From a virus (Duplodnaviria; Caudoviricetes), in the IMG/VR virus record IMGVR_UViG_3300032320_000486, positions 1-38,231 of that record: DNA of 38,231 bases. The stretch is one strand, 5' to 3'. Each line of letters opens with the position of its first letter. The stretch's first letter is position 1. The translations under genes were made by a program, and so were the position numbers. The notes under the pieces were generated by a model. That model did no database searches, had not been told where the DNA came from, and saw only the letters and a list, made by a program, of their open reading frames with translations. Of this stretch, positions 35,601-38,231 are shown piece after piece.

Positions 35601-37151
35601 TTCAGCAACGCCATCTTCTTCCAGTTGCTGAGCTACGGTATTCGCCTTTGAGTTAGCAAGTGATACTGGTTCCTGTGTTGCACCTTTGCCAAACGCTTCA
35701 TCAAATGCGTTGTAATTAGTTGCAGACATTTCATCAAGCGTTTGATTTTCTGCAGCTGTTCTTCCGGCTCTTGCTCTAGTGCTTGGTGCCGGAATAATAA
35801 TTCCAGATTCGGTTTGCGTTTCACCGGGCAAATCAATTTTTGTTGGCTTAGGTGTTTCGACTTCAACCTTAGGAGTGCCAACTCGACGTGGAGACTTAGT
35901 TCCACCAGTTATAGGTCCTTCCCTCCATGGAGTTCTTGGGGTTATTCCGGTTGAAATTCCAGGGCTTGAAGCTCCGCCTTCTTTCCACGGAGTCACTGGC
36001 TGAACAGGAGTGTCATCTGCCCACTTTTGTACAGCTTGCCATGCTGGCTTAATCTTTGGAACAAGTCTCGATATTCCAGCACCGACCAAGTTTCCACCCA
36101 GTGAAGCACCGCCAACAATTGCAGCTGACTTAAGATCAGTCTTGCCTTCAAATCTACCTGGGTCTCCAGGCATTCCACCCAAAGCACCCTTTCGCTCAAG
36201 CAAGTTTCCGAGTCGTTCGGTTAAGTTGAATGTTGCTCCTGTGGCTATTGCACCACCAACAAATCCACCAAAACGTGTTCCAGCAATTTCAGCACCAAGA
36301 ACAGCTGCTCCAGCTGTTGTCTTGTACAAGTTTGTCCAGTCGTATGGAGCGGCAACGTAACCTTCTTCAACCTTCTTTGCGGCAGCGGCACGCAATGGGT
36401 TACTTGCATTTATGCGAGCTTCATTTTCTTTGCGTAGTCGAGCCCCACGCTGTTGATTTAGCGCTTGAGGATTAGCTGGAGCCTGTGGGTTGATGCGGTT
36501 AACAAGAGCACTAAACTCACGACCCTCGGCAGCATTTGTTGATGGGGGAGTGTATGTAAGTCCACTCTGATTAAATACAGGAGGACGCGGTTCTCCGCCA
36601 CGAGAAGGTGTGCCCTTTGTGCTTGGTCCGGTTGTTCGACCAGGCTCTCCACCGCGAACAGGATTTGGGTTCTTCGTTTGTGGACCCATGTACGAAGTCG
36701 ATGGCTGAACAACTTGGCCAAGCGACGTGGTTGTCTGCGGAGCCTGATATGAAGTAGGAGGAGTATTTACGCCACTTGTAGTCGTATTTTCTTTTGGCTT
36801 TACAGGCGTAGGAACGTTTGTAGCGCTTGGTGCTACAGGAGCAACCGGAGCTGTCTGGGTGGCCTTTGATTCGCCAAGCGATTCCGTATTTCGAGCAGCA
36901 TTAAAACGGCTAATGTCACCGGGTGTGTAGAAGCCCTCACGAGTCACACCACCAGACTGAAACTTTGCGCGCAACGCTGCGCGGTCGACATCTTTGCCCG
37001 CTGCTTCTAATTCATTCGCACGAGTCTGTACATAAAAACGTTGACGTGCTACTTCAGGTGCAAGCTGGGGATTGTTCTGTACAAACGCTACGCGCTCCGC
37101 TTTACGTTGCGCGACTTTGTTAGGATCTTCCTGCTTTTTTCCTTTAGCCAC
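32646..37151 (-). CDS. giant low-complexity hypothetical protein (1501 aa)
   Basis: 4.5-kb uninterrupted ORF, GTG start, TAATG coupled to portal. Confidence 0.8.
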   Translation of the reverse strand: MAKGKKQEDPNKVAQRKAERVAFVQNNPQLAPEVARQRFYVQTRANELEAAGKDVDRAALRAKFQSGGVTREGFYTPGDISRFNAARNTESLGESKATQTAPVAPVAPSATNVPTPVKPKENTTTSGVNTPPTSYQAPQTTTSLGQVVQPSTSYMGPQTKNPNPVRGGEPGRTTGPSTKGTPSRGGEPRPPVFNQSGLTYTPPSTNAAEGREFSALVNRINPQAPANPQALNQQRGARLRKENEARINASNPLRAAAAKKVEEGYVAAPYDWTNLYKTTAGAAVLGAEIAGTRFGGFVGGAIATGATFNLTERLGNLLERKGALGGMPGDPGRFEGKTDLKSAAIVGGASLGGNLVGAGISRLVPKIKPAWQAVQKWADDTPVQPVTPWKEGGASSPGISTGITPRTPWREGPITGGTKSPRRVGTPKVEVETPKPTKIDLPGETQTESGIIIPAPSTRARAGRTAAENQTLDEMSATNYNAFDEAFGKGATQEPVSLANSKANTVAQQLEEDGVAELTPRQIAARKGAATKKANREKALEIKQAEIKAETIGEAQAQPVPSPEPTPAPAKGLSVVEGNPRADVMRNHPAFRGESKPPALSVVEDEPVRAATKNPPRQRPNETAEAYGKRLKRWQVENSDEVFKAPAGFEQPRGTTSYREGVMERVQGGMSRTRRSVAFIDDGSGMSPEGYPVQMQGESFMAFNKRSAEFSKSRGIKLPETPDNSFLAEGTPEPVSLAGSKEAAAAGGIPPKPKGLGRNAFYDAEKGEWVAGVLDKKSGKIVAKGERTVYATEEERIAGKKAYEAQRNAERRAQRAANRAAKETELKTAVTPVSSNAELGPFMFGGEPVGRSRVMLEPGQVPDWAQQNISLTGEAKPLSAVEDAWLNKDLTPEENAFFRELGNAKKASAGKRVVRSTRKPTPEEVKEYVARFRGLRGETGSAQGATNVAIDDAQARLEKEIEQVLGTDAMVALKNTAIRGNTPPLTQNIDAGLQSLAEVKATAKTTGPLINYLDPAKPLPAATGRLREQAAQFFNAQGKLKGMTGKGRVRSWQRLTQSDWFRQLSVNEPSFANFLIEQNRELGEAFSEGVSQQVSQLAKPGLRRAKPMRAMGAQEEEKFIAGQLAAEKTDDGLGSYGLRFGDTPEEGLRARDSGLTVSQRSEAAQIEASSIRRERLLRQIKAEDQAAFGDIEYLNRGFERGQQLDPMVDSNVTKDYGIVDEKGFTNINAAEFRAARRELNSPYASVSDSRTDEIGAAIEAKRKEVVARWRAKEITKEQMNAEMLEFRTQLYDAPSTGLPSNPFAQDFGTQLPKDYVQETPESFGKVWDPDTWTNELGTKVNGRWVTRQEAAEKAQSRIDKQAVRTAKMELERDNFYSTRWLDAAKQRAIAARSVKPEPTPMFDKFGPVRSEASIREEAQRLASLERKATKARAAAPRGKTAEEVRFELKNPTLAQAKEKVYEDLTYLESLDPYARALEESRLNAVDAVGEYESDALDWIND

Positions 37152-37156
37152 GGGGC

Positions 37157-37169
37157 TAATATATCACAC
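37157..37169 (-). promoter_or_regulatory. extended -10 promoter, probably leaderless transcript
   Basis: GTGTGATATATTA; TATATT lies 6 nt before the GTG start with no SD in between. Confidence 0.6.
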
Positions 37170-38230
37170 TAATACCAAGAGGGTCGCCACAGTTTTGGTG
37201 GTCGTTTTGGTTCGACCATCTGTGGAACGTGTAACTCAGAAAACCAATGAGCCATCACCAGGTCGGTTCCATGTTTCTTTCCACGCGACCACGTACTCAT
37301 CTCATCAACGAATGCCATCGTCTTCCAGTTATCACGCATGTTAGGCAAACGCACTTGCCCGGTTCTCCATAGTGGAGGCAGCAAAGCTTCGATACCAAGG
37401 CTCTCGTCTAACTTGTTCCTTGAGGTTGTGTGCGGAACGATGTTTACATTATGAAGGGCTTGCCACTTACGGACAAAGTCATGAGCTAGCAAGAATCTCT
37501 GGGCTGCGTTTACTTCCACAATCCAGTGCGATATCGGGTAACCCATCTCGAAAGACTTAGATTGCCATTCTTCCATAACGCCCGCATAAGCTCGCGATGC
37601 CGTGTCGTATCCAAGTAGCTCCTCTGCAGTAAGTTTGATCCGGGCTAACTCGATTAGATATCGAAGATTAGTTTCCGGTTGATAAAGCCACCACTGAATC
37701 CCCCAGTACTCTGTAGGGCTTGGGTCGACGGAAGCAATACTAATGATTGGGGGCGAGAGGTTAGGTGGTATGTACCCATACGATCTGTCTTTATCGATGC
37801 ACCCTGGATATAGAACTCCGTCACTGCCCATTCCTCCTGTAGCCCACGTACGCTCAATTAAGTAGTGGCCTTCTGCTAGGTCTTCTTGCTGATAAACAAT
37901 TTTGAACTTATTAAGAGAGCTGTGCTTTACGTATGATAGGTCTTTCCAGGACAAACGGAAAGGTTCTAGCAGCGGCCCGTTAGGCCAAGCTGGTGCAGTC
38001 ATCTTTCTGGACTCAGGCCCTGTGTCTAGCTCGTCGTAATAGGCCTTATAAATCAAGTGCTTGTACTTATGCGACTTAACAGGCTCTACATCGTCCGCCT
38101 TTTGGGTGACATCTTCGCCCGTATAGGCGTCATCGTCGATTTCATACGAGGTTTTAGCCAGGCAATGGGCGTAAAGGTCCAGTGGACCCAGTCTTTGACC
38201 AATAACAGCTAGCAATCCGCCCGGATCGCA
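37169..38230 (-). CDS. terL: terminase large subunit, partial (N-terminus outside window)
   Basis: Frame open to window edge (CDPGGLLAVIGQRL, motif-III-like); RNase H-like nuclease motifs IASVDP, WIVEVN, TDLVMA. Confidence 0.85.
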   Translation of the reverse strand, partial: CDPGGLLAVIGQRLGPLDLYAHCLAKTSYEIDDDAYTGEDVTQKADDVEPVKSHKYKHLIYKAYYDELDTGPESRKMTAPAWPNGPLLEPFRLSWKDLSYVKHSSLNKFKIVYQQEDLAEGHYLIERTWATGGMGSDGVLYPGCIDKDRSYGYIPPNLSPPIISIASVDPSPTEYWGIQWWLYQPETNLRYLIELARIKLTAEELLGYDTASRAYAGVMEEWQSKSFEMGYPISHWIVEVNAAQRFLLAHDFVRKWQALHNVNIVPHTTSRNKLDESLGIEALLPPLWRTGQVRLPNMRDNWKTMAFVDEMSTWSRGKKHGTDLVMAHWFSELHVPQMVEPKRPPKLWRPSWY

Positions 38231-38231
38231 G

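Noticed and set aside
61-37560. Plus-strand ORFs in the supplied track
   Set aside because: Nearly all are antisense shadows of tightly coupled minus-strand genes, with no recognisable motifs

Overview
Most of a tailed dsDNA phage genome, probably podovirus-like (no tape measure or major tail gene) and infecting an Actinomycetota host (WhiB gene, actinophage-type lysis and small virion genes). Every supported gene is on the minus strand. In transcription order (right to left): partial terminase large subunit; a 1501-aa Cys-free, low-complexity protein; portal; a block of putative internal/ejection proteins (120, 1701, 328, 323, 365 aa); scaffold; major capsid protein; small and basic virion proteins; adaptor and nozzle; tail-fibre module ending in a 12-Cys domain plus two accessory genes; a Thr-rich secreted membrane protein; holin, M15 endolysin and a TM protein; a structured intergenic region; a DNA metabolism block (HTH, metallophosphoesterase, YqaJ exonuclease, annealing protein, resolvase, secreted transglycosylase, WhiB); and a left-end accessory region. 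That region has four copies of a 27-bp promoter-like motif, three of them preceded by terminator-like hairpins, a MoxR AAA+/VWA pair flanked by two or three paralogous unknown proteins, and an apparent sharp depletion of AGCT/GATC/CCGG sites left of ~4700. All calls come from reading the sequence by eye; no searches were run.
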